NCBI GenBank assembly: GCA_964016885.1
Contig: OZ024742.1
Span: 343,542,001-343,606,000, forward strand
Length of the DNA stretch: 64,000 bases
Source of the DNA: Eledone cirrhosa
Lineage: Eukaryota
Direction of reading: 5' to 3'
Numbering within the stretch: position 1 is the first letter of the stretch; each line of letters opens with the position of its first letter. Under the pieces are notes generated by a model that was given only the letters and a program-made list of their open reading frames with translations, made no database searches and was not told the DNA's origin. Below, piece after piece: positions 1 through 15,000 of the stretch. The translations under genes were made by a program, and so were the position numbers.

Positions 1-3000
1 TAAAGAGATATATTTCGGGAATAGATGTAGTGTTACTGTCTTCCAGTAGAGAGATGTATTTAGGGAATAGATGTAGTGTTACTGTCTTCCAATAAAGAGA
101 TATATTTAGGGAATAGATGTAGTGTTACTCTCTTCCAGTAGAGATATATTTAGGGAATAGATATAGTGTTACTGTCTTCCAGTAGAGAGATATATTTAGG
201 GAATAGATGTAGTGTTACTGTCTTCCAGTAGAGAGATATATTTAGGGAATAGATGTAGTGTTACTCTCTTCCAGTAGAGATATATTTAGGGAATAGATAT
301 AGTGTTACTGTCTTCCAGTAGAGAGATATATTTATGGAATAGATGTAGTGTTACTGTCTTCCAGTAGAGATATATTTAGGGAATAGATGTAGTGTTACTC
401 TCTTCCAATAGAGAGATATATTTAGGGAATAGATGCAGTGTTACTGTCTTCCAGTAGAGAGATATATTTAGGGAATAGATGTAGTGTTACTGTCTTCCAA
501 TATAGAGATATATTTAGGGAATAGATGTAGTGTTACTGTCTTCCAGTAGAGAGATATATTTAGGGAATAGATGTAGTGTTACTGTCTTCCAGTAGAGAGA
601 TATGTTTAGGGAATAGATGTAGTGTTACTGTCTTCCAATAAAGAGATATATTTCGGGAATAGATGGAGTGTTACTGTCTTCCAGTAGAGAGAGATATTTA
701 GGGAATAGATGTAGTGTTACTGTCTTCCAATAAAGAGATATATTTAGGGAATAGATGTAGTGTTACTCTCTTCCAGTAGAGATATATTTAGGGAATAGAT
801 ATAGTGTTACTGTCTTCCAGTAGAGAGATATATTTAGGGAATAGATGTAGTGTTACTGTCTTCCAGTAGAGATATATTTAGGGAATAGATGTAGCGTTAC
901 TCTCTTCCAATAGAGAGATATATTTAGGGAATAGATGTAGTGTTACAGTCTTCCAGTAGAGATATATTTAAGGAATAGATGTAGTGTTACTGTTTTCCAA
1001 TAAAGAGAGATATTTAGGGAATAGATGTAGTGTTACTGTCTTACAATAAAGAGATATATTTAGGGAATAGATGTAGTAGAGAGATATATTTAGGGAATAG
1101 ATGTAGTGTTACTGTCTTCCAGTAGAGAGATATATTTAGGGAATAGATGTAGTGTTACTGTCTTCCAATAAAGAGATATATTTAGGTAATAGATGTAGTG
1201 TTACTGTCTTCCAATAAAGAGATATATTTAGGGAATAGATGTAGTGTTTCTGTCTTCCAGTATAGATATATTTAGGGAATAGATGTAGTGTTACGGTCTT
1301 CCAGTTGAGAGATATATTTAGGGAATAGATGTAGTGTGACTGTCTTCCAGTAGAGATATATTTAGGGAATAGATGTAGTGCTACTGTCTTCCAGTAGAGA
1401 GATATATTTAGGGAATAGATGTAGTGTTACTGTCTTCCAGTAGATATATTTAGGGAATAGATGTAGTGCTACTGTTTTCCAGTAGAGAGATATATTTAGG
1501 GAATAGATGTAGTGTTACAGTCTTCCAGTAGAGATATATTTAAGGAATAGATGTAGTGTTACTGTTTTCCAATAAAGAGAGATATTTAGGGAATAGATGT
1601 AGTGTTACTGTCTTACAATAAAGAGATATATTTAGGGAATAGATGTAGTAGAGAGATATATTTAGGGAATAGATGTAGTGTTACTGTCTTCCAGTAGAGA
1701 GATATATTTAGGGAATAGATGTAGTGTTACTGTCTTCCAATAGAGAGATATATTTAGGGAATAGATGTAGTGTTACTGTCTTCCAGTAGAGAGATATGTT
1801 TAGGGAATAGATGTAGTGTTACTGTCTTCCAATAAAGAGATATATTTCGGGAATAGATGGAGTGTTACTGTCTTCCAGTAGAGAGAGATATTTAGGGAAT
1901 AGATGTAGTGTTACTGTCTTCCAATAAAGAGATATATTTAGAGAATAGATGTAGTGTTACTCTCTTCCAGTAGAGATATATTTAGGGAATAGATATAGTG
2001 TTACTGTCTTCCAGTAGAGAGATATATTTAGGGAATAGATGTAGTGTTACTGTCTTCCAGTAGAGATATATTTAGGGAATAGATGTAGCGTTACTCTCTT
2101 CCAATAGAGAGATATATTTAGGGAATAGATGTAGTGTTACAGTCTTCCAGTAGAGATATATTTAAGGAATAGATGTAGTGTTACTGTTTTCCAGTAAAGA
2201 GAGATATTTAGGGAATAGATGTAGTGTTACTGTCTTACAATAAAGAGATATATTTAGGGAATAGATGTAGTAGAGAGATATATTTAGGGAATAGATGTAG
2301 TGTTACTGTCTTCCAGTAGAGAGATATATTTAGGGAATAGATGTATTGTTACTGTCTTCCAATAAAGAGATATATTTAGGGAATAGATGTAGTGTTACTC
2401 TCTTCCAGTAGAGAGATATATATAGGGAATAGATGCAGTGTTACTGTCTTCCAGTAGAGAGATATATTTAGGGAATAGATGTAGTGTTACTGTCTTCCAG
2501 TAGAGAGATATATTTAGGGAATAGATGTAGTGTTACTGTCTTCCAATAAAGAGATATATTTAGGGAATAGATGTAGTGTTTCTGTCTTCCAGTATAGATA
2601 TATTTAGGGAATAGATGTAGTGTTACGGTCTTCCAGTAGAGAGATATATTTAGGGAATAGATGTAGTGTGACTGTCTTCCAGTAGAGATAATTTAGGGAA
2701 TAGATGTAGTGCTACTGTCTTCCAGTAGAGAGATATATTTAGGGAATAGATGTAGTGTTACTGTCTTCCAGTAGATATATTTAGGGAATAGATGTAGTGT
2801 TACTGTCTTCCAGTAGAGAGATATATTTAGGGAATAGATGTAGTGTTACTCTCTTCCAATAGAGAGATATATTTAGGGAATAGATGTAGTGTTACAGTTT
2901 TCCAGTAGAGATATATTTAAGGAATAGATGTAGTGTTACTGTTTTCCAATAAAGAGAGATATTTAGGGAATAGATGTAGTGTTACTGTCTTACAATAAAG

Positions 3001-6000
3001 AGATATATTTAGGGAATACATGTAGTAGAGAGATATATTTAGGGAATAGATGTAGTGTTACTGTCTTCCAGTAGAGAGATATATTTAGGGAATAGATGTA
3101 GTGTTACTGTCTTCCAATAAAGAGATATATTTAGGGAATAGATGTAGTGTTACTCTGTTCCAGTAGCGAGATATATATAGGGAATAGATGCAGTGTTACT
3201 GTCTTCCAGTAGAGAGATATATTTAGGGAATAGACGTAGTGTTACTGTCTTCCAGTAGAGATATATTTAGGGAATAGATGTAGTGTTACTGTCTTCCAGT
3301 AGATATATTTAGGGAATAGATGTAGTGTTACTGTCTTCCAATAAAGAGATATATTTCGGGAATAGATGTAGTGTTACTGTCTTCCAGTAGAGAGATGTAT
3401 TTAGGGAATAGATGTAGTGTTACTGTCTTCCAATAAAGAGATATATTTAGGGAATAGATGTAGTGTTACTCTCTTCCAGTAGAGATATATTTAGGGAATA
3501 GATATAGTGTTACTGTCTTCCAGTAGAGAGATATATTTAGGGAATAGATGTAGTGTTACTGTCTTCCAGTAGAGATATATTTAGGGAATAGATGTAGTGT
3601 TACTGTCTTCCAATAAAGAGATATATTTCGGGAATAGATGTAGTGTTACTGTCTTCCAGCAGAGAGAGATATTTAGGGAATAGATGTAGTGTTACTGTCT
3701 TCCAATAAAGAGATATATTTAGGGAATAGATGTAGTGTTACTCTCTTCCAGTAGAGATATATTTAGGGAATAGATATAGTGTTACTGTCTTCCAGTAGAG
3801 CGATATATTTATGGAATAGATGTAGTGTTACTGTCTTCCAGTAGAGATATATTTAGGGAATAGATGTAGTGTTACTCTCTTCCAATAGAGAGATATATTT
3901 AGGGAATAGATGCAGTGTTACTGTCTTCCAGTAGAGAGATATATTTAGGGAATAGATGTAGTGTTACTGTCTTCCAATAGAGAGATATATTTAGGGAATA
4001 GATGTAGTGTTACTGTCTTCCAGTAGAGAGATATATTTAGGGAATAGATGTAGTGTTACTGTCTTCCAGTAGAGAGATATGTTTAGGGAATAGATGTAGT
4101 GTTACTGTCTTCCAATAAAGAGATATATTTCGGGAATAGATGGAGTGTTACTGTCTTCCAGTAGAGATATATTTAGGGAATAGATATAGTGTTACTGTCT
4201 TCCAGTAGAGAGATATATTTAGGGAATAGATGTAGTGTTACTGTCTTCCAGTAGAGATATATTTAGGGAATAGATGTAGCGTTACTCTCTTCCAATAGAG
4301 AGATATATTTAGGGAATAGATGTAGTGTTACAGTCTTCCAGTAGAGATATATTTAAGGAATAGATGTAGTGTTACTGTTTTCCAATAAAGAGAGATATTT
4401 AGGGAATAGATGTAGTGTTACTGTCTTACAATAAAGAGATATATTTAGGGAATAGATGTAGTAGAGAGATATATTTAGGGAATAGATGTAATGTTACTGT
4501 CTTCCAGTAGAGAGATATATTTAGGGAATAGATGTAGTGTTACTGTCTTCCAATAAAGAGATATATTTAGGGAATAGATGTAGTGTTACTGTCTTCCAAT
4601 AAAGAGATATATTTAGGGAATAGATGTAGTGTTTCTGTCTTCCAGTATAGATATATTTAGGGAATAGATGTAGTGTTACGGTCTTCCAGTAGAGAGATAT
4701 ATTTAGGGAATAGATGTAGTGTGACTGTCTTCCAGTAGAGATATATTTAGGGAATAGATGTAGTGCTACTGTTTTCCAGTAGAGAGATATATTTAGGGAA
4801 TAGATGTAGTGTTACAGTCTTCCAGTAGAGATATATTTAAGGAATAGATGTAGTGTTACTGTTTTCCAATAAAGAGAGATATTTAGGGAATAGATGTAGT
4901 GTTACTGTCTTACAATAAAGAGATATATTTAGGGAATAGATGTAGTAGAGAGATTTATTTAGGGAATAGATGTAGTGTTACTGTCTTCCAGTAGAGAGAT
5001 ATATTTAGGGAATAGATGTAGTGTTACTGTCTTCCAATAAAGAGATATATTTAGGGAATAGATGTAGTGTTACTCTCTTCCAGTAGAGAGATATATTTAG
5101 GGAATAGATGTAGTGTTACAGTCTTCCAGTAGAGATATATTTAAGGAATAGATGTAGTGTTACTGTTTTCCAATAAAGAGAGATATTTAGGGAATAGATG
5201 TAGTGTTACTGTCTTACAATAAAGAGATATATTTAGGGAATAGATGTAGTAGAGAGATATATTTAGGGAATAGATGTAGTGTTACTGTCTTCCAGTAGAG
5301 AGATATATTTAGGGAATAGATGTAGTGTTACTGTCTTCCAATAAAGAGATATATTTAGGGAATAGATGTAGTGTTACTGTCTTCCAATAAAGAGATATAT
5401 TTAGGGAATAGATGTAGTGTTTCTGTCTTCCAGTATAGATATATTTAGGGAATAGATGTAGTGTTACGGTCTTCCAGTAGAGAGATATATTTAGGGAATA
5501 GATGTAGTGTGACTGTCTTCCAGTAGAGATATATTTAGGGAATAGATGTAGTGCTACTGTCTTCCAGTAGAGAGATATATTTAGGGAATAGATGTAGTGT
5601 TACTGTCTTCCAGTAGATATATTTAGGGAATAGATGTAGTGTTACAGTCTTCCAGTAGAGAGATATATTTAGGGAATAGATGTAGTGTGACTGTCTTCCA
5701 GTAGAGATATATTTAGGGAATAGATGTAGTGCTACTGTTTTCCAGTAGAGAGATATATTTAGGGAATAGATGTAGTGTTACAGTCTTCCAGTAGAGATAT
5801 ATTTAAGGAATAGATGTAGTGTTACTGTTTTCCAATAAAGAGAGATATTTAGGGAATAGATGTAGTGTTACTGTCTTACAATAAAGAGATATATTTAGGG
5901 AATAGATGTAGTAGAGAGATATATTTAGGGAATAGATGTAGTGTTACTGTCTTCCAGTAGAGAGATATATTTAGGGAATAGATGTAGTGTTACTGTCTTC

Positions 6001-9000
6001 CAATAAAGAGATATATTTAGGGAATAGATGTAGTGTTACTCTCTTCCAGTAGAGAGATATATATAGGGAATAGATGCAGTGTTACTGTCTTCCAGTAGAG
6101 AGATATATTTAGGGAATAGACGTAGTGTTACTGTCTTCCAGTAGAGATATATTTAGGGAATAGATGTAGTGTTACTGTCTTCCAGTAGATATATTTAGGG
6201 AATAGATGTAGTGTTACTGTCTTCCAATAAAGAGATTTATTTCGGGAATAGATGTAGTGTTACTGTCTTCCAGTAGAGAGATGTATTTAGGGAATAGATG
6301 TAGTGTTACTGTCTTCCAATAAAGAGATATATTTAGGGAATAGATGTAGTGTTACTCTCTTCCAGTAGAGATATATTTAGGGAATAGATATAGTGTTACT
6401 GTCTTCCAGTAGAGAGATATATTTAGGGAATAGATGTAGTGTTACTGTCTTCCAGTAGAGATATATTTAGGGAATAGATGTAGTGTTACTGTCTTCCAAT
6501 AAAGAGATATATTTCGGGAATAGATGTAGTGTTACTGTCTTCCAGTAGAGAGAGATATTTAGGGAATAGATGTAGTGTTACTGTCTTCCAATAAAGAGAT
6601 ATATTTCGGGAATAGATGTAGTGTTACTCTCTTCCAGTAGAGATATATTTAGGGAATAGATATAGTGTTACTGTCTTCCAGTAGAGAGATATATTTAGGG
6701 AATAGATGTAGTGTTACTGTCTTCCAGTAGAGATATATTTAGGGAATAGATGTAGTTTTTACTGTCTTCCAATAAAGAGATATATTTCGGGAATAGATGT
6801 AGTGTTACTGTCTTCCAGTAGAGAGATATATTTAGGGAATAGATGTAGTGTTACTGTCTTCCAATAAAGAGATATATTTAGGGAATAGATGTAGTGTTAC
6901 TCTCTCCCAGTAGAGAGATATATTTAGGGAATAGATGTAGTGTTACTGTCTTCCAGTAGAGATATATTTAGGGAATAGATGTAGTTTTTACTGTCTTCCA
7001 ATAAAGAGATATATTTCGGGAATAGATGTAGTGCTACTGTCTTCCAGTAGAGAGATATATTTAGGGAATAGATGTAGTGTTACTGTCTTCCAATAAAGAG
7101 ATATATTTAGGGAATAGATGTAGTGTTACTGTCTTCCAGTAGAGAGATGTATTTAGGGAATAGATGTAGTGTTACTGTCTTCCAGTAAAGAGATATATTT
7201 AGGGAATAGATGTAGTGTTACTCTCTTCCAGTAGAGATATATTTAGGGAATAGATATAGTGTTACTGTCTTCCAGTAGAGAGAGATATTTAGGGAATAGA
7301 TGTCGTGTTACTGTCTTCCAATAAAGAGATATATTTAGGGAATAGATGTAGTGTTACTCTCTTCCAGTAGAGATATATTTAGGGAATAGATATAGTGTTA
7401 CTGTCTTCCAGTAGAGAGATATATTTAGGGAATAGATGTAGTGTTACTGTCTTCCAGTAGAGATATATTTAGGGAATAGATGTAGTGTTACTGTCTTCCA
7501 ATAAAGAGATATATTTCGGGAATAGATGTAGTGTTACTGTCTTCCAGTAGAGAGATATATTTAGGGAATAGATGTAGCGTTACTGTCTTCCAGTAGAGAG
7601 ATATTTAGGGAAAAGATGTAGTGTTAGTGTCTTCCAGTAGAGAGATATGTTTAGGAAATAGATTTAGTGTTACTGTCTTCCAATAAAGAGAGATATTTAG
7701 GGAATAGATGTAGTGTTACTCTCTTCCAATAGAGAGATATATTTAGGAAATAGATGTAGTGTTACTGTCTTCCAGTAGAGAGATATATTTAGGGAATAGA
7801 TGTAGTGTTACTGTCTTCCAATAAAGAGATATATTTAGGGAATAGATGTAGTGTTACCGTCTTCCAGTAGAGAGATATATTTAAATAATAGATGTTGTGT
7901 TACTGTCTTCCAGTAGGGAGATATATTTAGGGATTAGATGTAGTGTTACTGTCTTCCAGTAGAGATATATTTAGGGAATATATGTAGTGTTACTGTCTTC
8001 CAGTAGAGATATATTTAGGGAATAGATATAGTGTTACTGTCTTCCAGTAGAGAGATATATTTAGGGAATAGATGTAGTGTCACTGTCTTCCAATAAAGAG
8101 ATATTTAGGGAATAGATGTAGTGTTACTCTCTTCCAGTAGAGAGATATATTTAGGGAATAGATGTAGTGTTACTGTCTTCCAGTAGAGATATATTTAGGG
8201 AATAGATGTAGTGTTACTGTCTTCCAGTAGAGAGATATATTTAGGGAATAGATGTCGTGTTACTGTCTTCCAGTAGAGATATATTTAGGGAATAGATGTG
8301 GTGTTACTGTCTTCCAGTTGAGAGAGATATTTAATGAATAGATGTAGTGTTAATTTTTTTGCAGTAGAGATACAATTAGGGAATAGATGTAGTGTTACTG
8401 TCTTCCAATAGAGAGATATATTTAGAGAATAGATGTAGTGTTACTGTTTTCCAGTAGAGACATATTTAGGGAATAGATGTAGTGTTACTGTCTTCCAGTA
8501 GAGACATATTTAGGGAATAGATGTAGTGTTACTGTTTTCCAATAGAGACATATTTAGGGAATAGATGTAGTGTTACTGTCTTCCAATAAAGAGATATATT
8601 TAGGGAATAGATCTAGTGTTACTGTCTTCCAGTAGAGAGATATATTTAGGGAATAGATGTAGTGTTACTGTCTTCCAGTAGAGATATATTTAGGGAATAG
8701 ATGTAGTGTTACTGTTTTCCAGTAGAGACATATTTAGGGAATAGATGTAGTGTTACTGTCTTCCAATAAAGAGATATATTTAGGGAATAGATGTAGTGTT
8801 AGTGTCTTCCAGTAGAGATATATTTAGGGAATAGATGTAGTGTTACTGCTTTCCAGTAGAGACATATTTAGGGAATAGATGTAGTGTTACTGTCTTCCAG
8901 TAGAGACATATTTAGGGAATAGATGTAGTGTTACTGTTTTCCAATAGAGACATATTTAGGGAATAGATGTAGTGTTACTGTCTTCCAATAAAGAGATATA

Positions 9001-12000
9001 TTTAGGGAATAGATCTAGTGTTACTGTCTTCCAGTAGAGATATATTTAGGGAATAGATGTAGTGTTACTGTTTTCCAGTAGAGACATATTTAGGGAATAG
9101 ATGTAGTGTTACTGTCTTCCAATAAAGAGATATATTTAGGGAATAGATGTAGTGTTACTGGCTTCCAGTAGAGATATATTTAGGGAATAGATGTAGTGTT
9201 ACTGTATTCCAGTAGAGACATATTTAGGGAATAGATGTAGTGTTACTGTCTTCCAATAAAGAGATATATTTAGGGAATAGATGTAGTGTTACTGTATTCC
9301 AGTAGAGACATATTTAGGGAATAGATGTAGTGTTACTGTCTTCCAATAAAGAGATATATTTAGGGAATAGATGTAGTGTTACTGTCTTCCAGTAGATATA
9401 TATTTAGGGAATAGATGTAGCGTTACTCTCTTCCAATAGAGAGATATATTTAGGGAATAGATGTAGTGTTACAGTCTTCCAGTAGAGATATATTTAAGGA
9501 ATAGATGTAGTGTTACTGTTTTCCAATAAAGAGAGATATTTAGGGAATAGATGTAGTGTTACTGTCTTACAATAAAGAGATATATTTAGGGAATAGATGT
9601 AGTAGAGAGATATATTTAGGGAATAGATGTAGTGTTACTGTCTTCCAGTAGAGAGATATATTTAGGGAATAGATGTATTGTTACTGTCTTCCAATAAAGA
9701 GATATATTTAGGGAATAGATGTAGTGTTACTCTCTTCCAGTAGAGAGATATATATAGGGAATCGATGCAGTGTTACTGTCTTCCAGTAGAGAGATATATT
9801 TAGGGAATAGATGTAGTGTTACTGTCTTCCAGTAGAGAGATATATTTAGGGAATAGATGTAGTGTTACTGTCTTCCAATAAAGAGATATATTTAGGGAAT
9901 AGATGTAGTGTTTCTGTCTTCCAGTATAGATATATTTAGGGAATAGATGTAGTGTTACGGTCTTCCAGTAGAGAGATATATTTAGGGAATAGATGTAGTG
10001 TGACTGTCTTCCAGTAGAGAGATGTATTTAGGGAATAGATGTAGTGCTACTGTCTTCCAGTAGAGAGATATATTTAGGGAATAGATGTAGTGTTACTGTC
10101 TTCCAGTAGATATATTTAGGGAATAGATGTAGTGTTACTGTCTTCCAGTAGAGAGATATATTTAGGCAATAGATGTAGTGTTACTCTCTTCCAATAGAGA
10201 GATATATTTAGGGAATAGATGTAGTGTTACAGTTTTCCAGTAGAGATATATTTAAGGAATAGATGTAGTGTTACTGTTTTCCAATAAAGAGAGATATTTA
10301 GGGAATAGATGTAGTGTTACTGTCTTACAATAAAGAGATATATTTAGGGAATACATGTAGTAGAGAGATATATTTAGGGAATAGATGTAGTGTTACTGTC
10401 TTCCAGTAGAGAGATATATTTAGGGAATAGATGTAGTGTTACTGTCTTCCAATAAAGAGATATATTTAGGGAATAGATGTAGTGTTACTCTCTTCCAGTA
10501 GCGAGATATATATAGGGAATAGATGCAGTGTTACTGTCTTCCAGTAGAGAGATATATTTAGGGAATAGACGTAGTGTTACTGTCTTCCAGTAGAGATATA
10601 TTTAGGGAATAGATGTAGTGTTACTGTCTTCCAGTAGAGAGATATATTTAGGGAATAGATGTAGTGTTACTGTCTTCCAGTAGAGATATATTTAGGGAAT
10701 AGATGTAGTGTTACTGTCTTCCAGTAGAGAGATGTATTTAGGGAATAGATGTAGTGTTACTGTCTTCCAGCAGAGAGAGATATTTAGGGAATAGATGTTG
10801 TGTTACTGTCTTCCAATAGAGAGATATATTTAGGGAATAGATGTAGTGTTACTGTCTTCCAGTAGAGAGATATATTTAGGGAATAGATGTAGTGTTACTG
10901 TCTTCCAGTAGAGAGATATGTTTAGGGAATAGATGTAGTGTTACAGTCTTCCAATAAAGAGATATATTTCGGGAATAGATGGAGTGTTACTGTCTTCCAG
11001 TAGAGAGAGATATTTAGGGAATAGATGTAGTGTTACTGTCTTCCAATAAAGAGATATATTTAGGGAATAGATGTAGTGTTACTCTCTTCCAGTAGAGATA
11101 TATTTAGGGAATAGATATAGTGTTACTGTCTTCCAGTAGAGAGATATATTTAGGGAATAGATGTAGTGTTACTGTCTTCCAGTAGAGATATATTTAGGGA
11201 ATAGATGTAGCGTTACTCTCTTCCAATAGAGAGATATATTTAGGGAATAGATGTAGTGTTACAGTCTTCCAGTAGAGATATATTTAAGGAATAGATGTAG
11301 TGTTACTGTTTTCCAATAAAGAGAGATATTTTGGGAATAGATGTAGTGTTACTGTCTTACAATAAAGAGATATATTTAGGGAATAGATGTAGTAGAGAGA
11401 TATATTTAGGGAATAGATGTAGTGTTACTGTCTTCCAGTAGAGAGATATATTTAGGGAATAGATGTAGTGTTACTGTCTTCCAATAAAGAGATATATTTA
11501 GGGAATAGATGTAGTGTTACTGTCTTCCAATAAAGAGATATATTTAGGGAATAGATGTAGTGTTTCTGTCTTCCAGTATAGATATATTTAGGGAATAGAT
11601 GTAGTGTTACGGTCTTCCAGTAGAGAGATATGTTTAGGGAATAGATGTAGTGTTACAGTCTTCCAATAAAGAGATATATTTAGGGAATAGATGTAGTGTT
11701 TCTGTCTTCCAGTATAGATATATTTAGGGAATAGATGTAGTGTTACGGTCTTCCAGTAGAGAGATATATTTAGGGAATAGATGTAGTGTGACTGTCTTCC
11801 AGTAGAGATATATTTAGGGAATAGATGTAGTGCTACTGTCTTCCAGTAGAGAGATATATTTAGGGAATAGATGTAGTGTTACTGTCTTCCAGTAGATATA
11901 TTTAGGGAATAGATGTAGTGTTACAGTCTTCCAGTAGAGAGATATATTTAGGGAATAGATGTAGTGTGACTGTCTTCCAGTAGAGATATATTTAGGGAAT

Positions 12001-15000
12001 AGATGTAGTGCTACTGTTTTCCAGTAGAGAGATATATTTAGGGAATAGATGTAGTGTTACAGTCTTCCAGTAGAGATATATTTAAGGAATAGATGTAGTG
12101 TTACTGTTTTCCAATAAAGAGAGATATTTAGGGAATAGATGTAGTGTTACTGTCTTACAATAAAGAGATATATTTAGGGAATAGATGTAGTAGAGAGATA
12201 TATTTAGGGAATAGATGTAGTGTTACTGTCTTCCAGTAGAGAGATATATTTAGGGAATAGATGTAGTGTTACTGTCTTCCAATAAAGAGATATATTTAGG
12301 GAATAGATGTAGTGTTACTCTCTTCCAGTAGAGAGATATATATAGGGAATAGATGCAGTGTTACTGTCTTCCAGTAGAGAGATATATTTAGGGAATAGAC
12401 GTAGTGTTACTGTCTTCCAGTAGAGATATATTTAGGGAATAGATGTAGTGTTACTGTCTTCCAGTAGATATATTTAGGGAATAGATGTAGTGTTACTGTC
12501 TTCCAATAAAGAGATATATTTCGGGAATAGATGTAGTGTTACTGTCTTCCAGTAGAGAGATGTATTTAGGGAATAGATGTAGTGTTACTGTCTTCCAATA
12601 AAGAGATATATTTAGGGAATAGATGTAGTGTTACTCTCTTCCAGTAGAGATATATTTAGGGAATAGATATAGTGTTACTGTCTTCCAGTAGAGAGATATA
12701 TTTAGGGAATAGATGTAGTGTTACTGTCTTCCAGTAGAGATATATTTAGGGAATAGATGTAGTGTTACTGTCTTCCAATAAAGAGATATATTTCGGGAAT
12801 AGATGTAGTGTTACTGTCTTCCAGTAGAGAGAGATATTTAGGGAATAGATGTAGTGTTACTGTCTTCCAATAAAGAGATATATTTAGGGAATAGATGTAG
12901 TGTTACTCTCTTCCAGTAGAGATATATTTAGGGAATAGATATAGTGTTACTGTCTTCCAGTAGAGAGATATATTTAGGGAATAGATGTAGTGTTACTGTC
13001 TTCCAGTAGAGATATATTTAGGGAATAGATGTAGTTTTTACTGTCTTCCAATAAAGAGATATATTTCGGGAATAGATGTAGTGTTACTGTCTTCCAGTAG
13101 AGAGATATATTTAGGGAATAGATGTAGTGTTACTGTCTTCCAATAAAGAGATATATTTAGGGAATAGATGTAGTGTTACTCTCTCCCAGTAGAGAGATAT
13201 ATTTAGGGAATAGATGTAGTGTTACTGTCTTCCAGTAGAGATATATTTAGGGAATAGATGTAGTTTTTACTGTCTTCCAATAAAGAGATATATTTCGGGA
13301 ATAGATGTAGTGTTACTGTCTTCCAGTAGAGAGATGTATTTAGGGAATAGATGTAGTGTTACTGTCTTCCAATAAAGAGATATATTTAGGGAATAGATGT
13401 AGTGTTACTCTCTTCCAGTAGAGATATATTTAGGGAATAGATATAGTGTTACTGTCTTCCAGTAGAGAGAGATATTTAGGGAATAGATGTAGTGTTACTG
13501 TCTTCCAATAAAGAGATATATTTAGGGAATAGATGTAGTGTTACTCTCTTCCAGTAGAGATATATTTAGGGAATAGATATAGTGTTACTGTCTTCCAGTA
13601 GAGAGATATATTTAGGGAATAGATGTAGTGTTACTGTCTTCCAGTAGAGATATATTTAGGGAATAGATGTAGTTTTTACTGTCTTCCAATAAAGAGATAT
13701 ATTTCGGGAATAGATGTAGTGTTACTGTCTTCCAGTAGAGAGATATATTTAGGGAATAGATGTAGTGTTACTGTCTTCCAATAAAGAGATATATTTAGGG
13801 AATAGATGTAGTGTTACTCTCTCCCAGTAGAGAGATATATTTAGGGAATAGATGTAGTGTTACTGTCTTCCAGTAGAGATATATTTAGGGAATAGATGTA
13901 GTTTTTACTGTCTTCCAATAAAGAGATATATTTCGGGAATAGATGTAGTGTTACTGTCTTCCAGTAGAGAGATGTATTTAGGGAATAGATGTAGTGTTAC
14001 TGTCTTCCAATAAAGAGATATATTTAGGGAATAGATGTAGTGTTACTCTCTTCCAGTAGAGATATATTTAGGGAATAGATATAGTGTTACTGTCTTCCAG
14101 TAGAGAGAGATATTTAGGGAATAGATGTAGTGTTACTGTCTTCCAATAAAGAGATATATTTAGGGAATAGATGTAGTGTTACTCTCTTCCAGTAGAGATA
14201 TATTTAGGGAATAGATATAGTGTTACTGTCTTCCAGTAGAGAGATATATTCAGGGAATAGATGTAGTGTTACTGTCTTCCAGTAGAGATATATTTAGGGA
14301 ATAGATGTAGTGTTACTGTCTTCCAATAAAGAGATATATTTCGGGAATAGATGTAGTGTTACTGTCTTCCAGTAGAGAGATATATTTAGGGAATAGATGT
14401 AGCGTTACTGTCTTCCAGTAGAGAGATATTTAGGGAAAAGATGTAGTGTTAGTGTCTTCCAGTAGAGAGATATATTTAGGAAATAGATTTAGTGTTACTG
14501 TCTTCCAATAAAGAGAGATATTTAGGGAATAGATGTAGTGTTACTCTCTTCCAATAGAGAGATATATTTAGGAAATAGATGTAGTGTTTCGGTCTTCCAG
14601 TAGAGATATATTTAGGGAATAGATGTAGTGTTACTGTCTTCCAGTAGAGAGATATATTTAGGGAATAGATGTAGTGTTACTGTCTTCCAATAAAGAGATA
14701 TATTTAGGGAATAGATGTAGTGTTACCGTCTTCCAGTAGAGAGATATATTTAAATAATAGATGTTGTGTTACTGTCTTCCAGTAGGGAGATATATTTAGG
14801 GATTAGATGTAGTGTTACTGTCTTCCAGTAGAGATATATTTAGGGAATATATGTAGTGTTACTGTCTTCCAGTAGAGATATATTTAGGGAATAGATGTAG
14901 TGTTACTGTCTTCCAGTAGAGAGATATATTTAGGGAATAGATGTAGTGTCACTGTCTTCCAATAAAGAGATATTTAGGGAATAGATGTAGTGTTACTCTC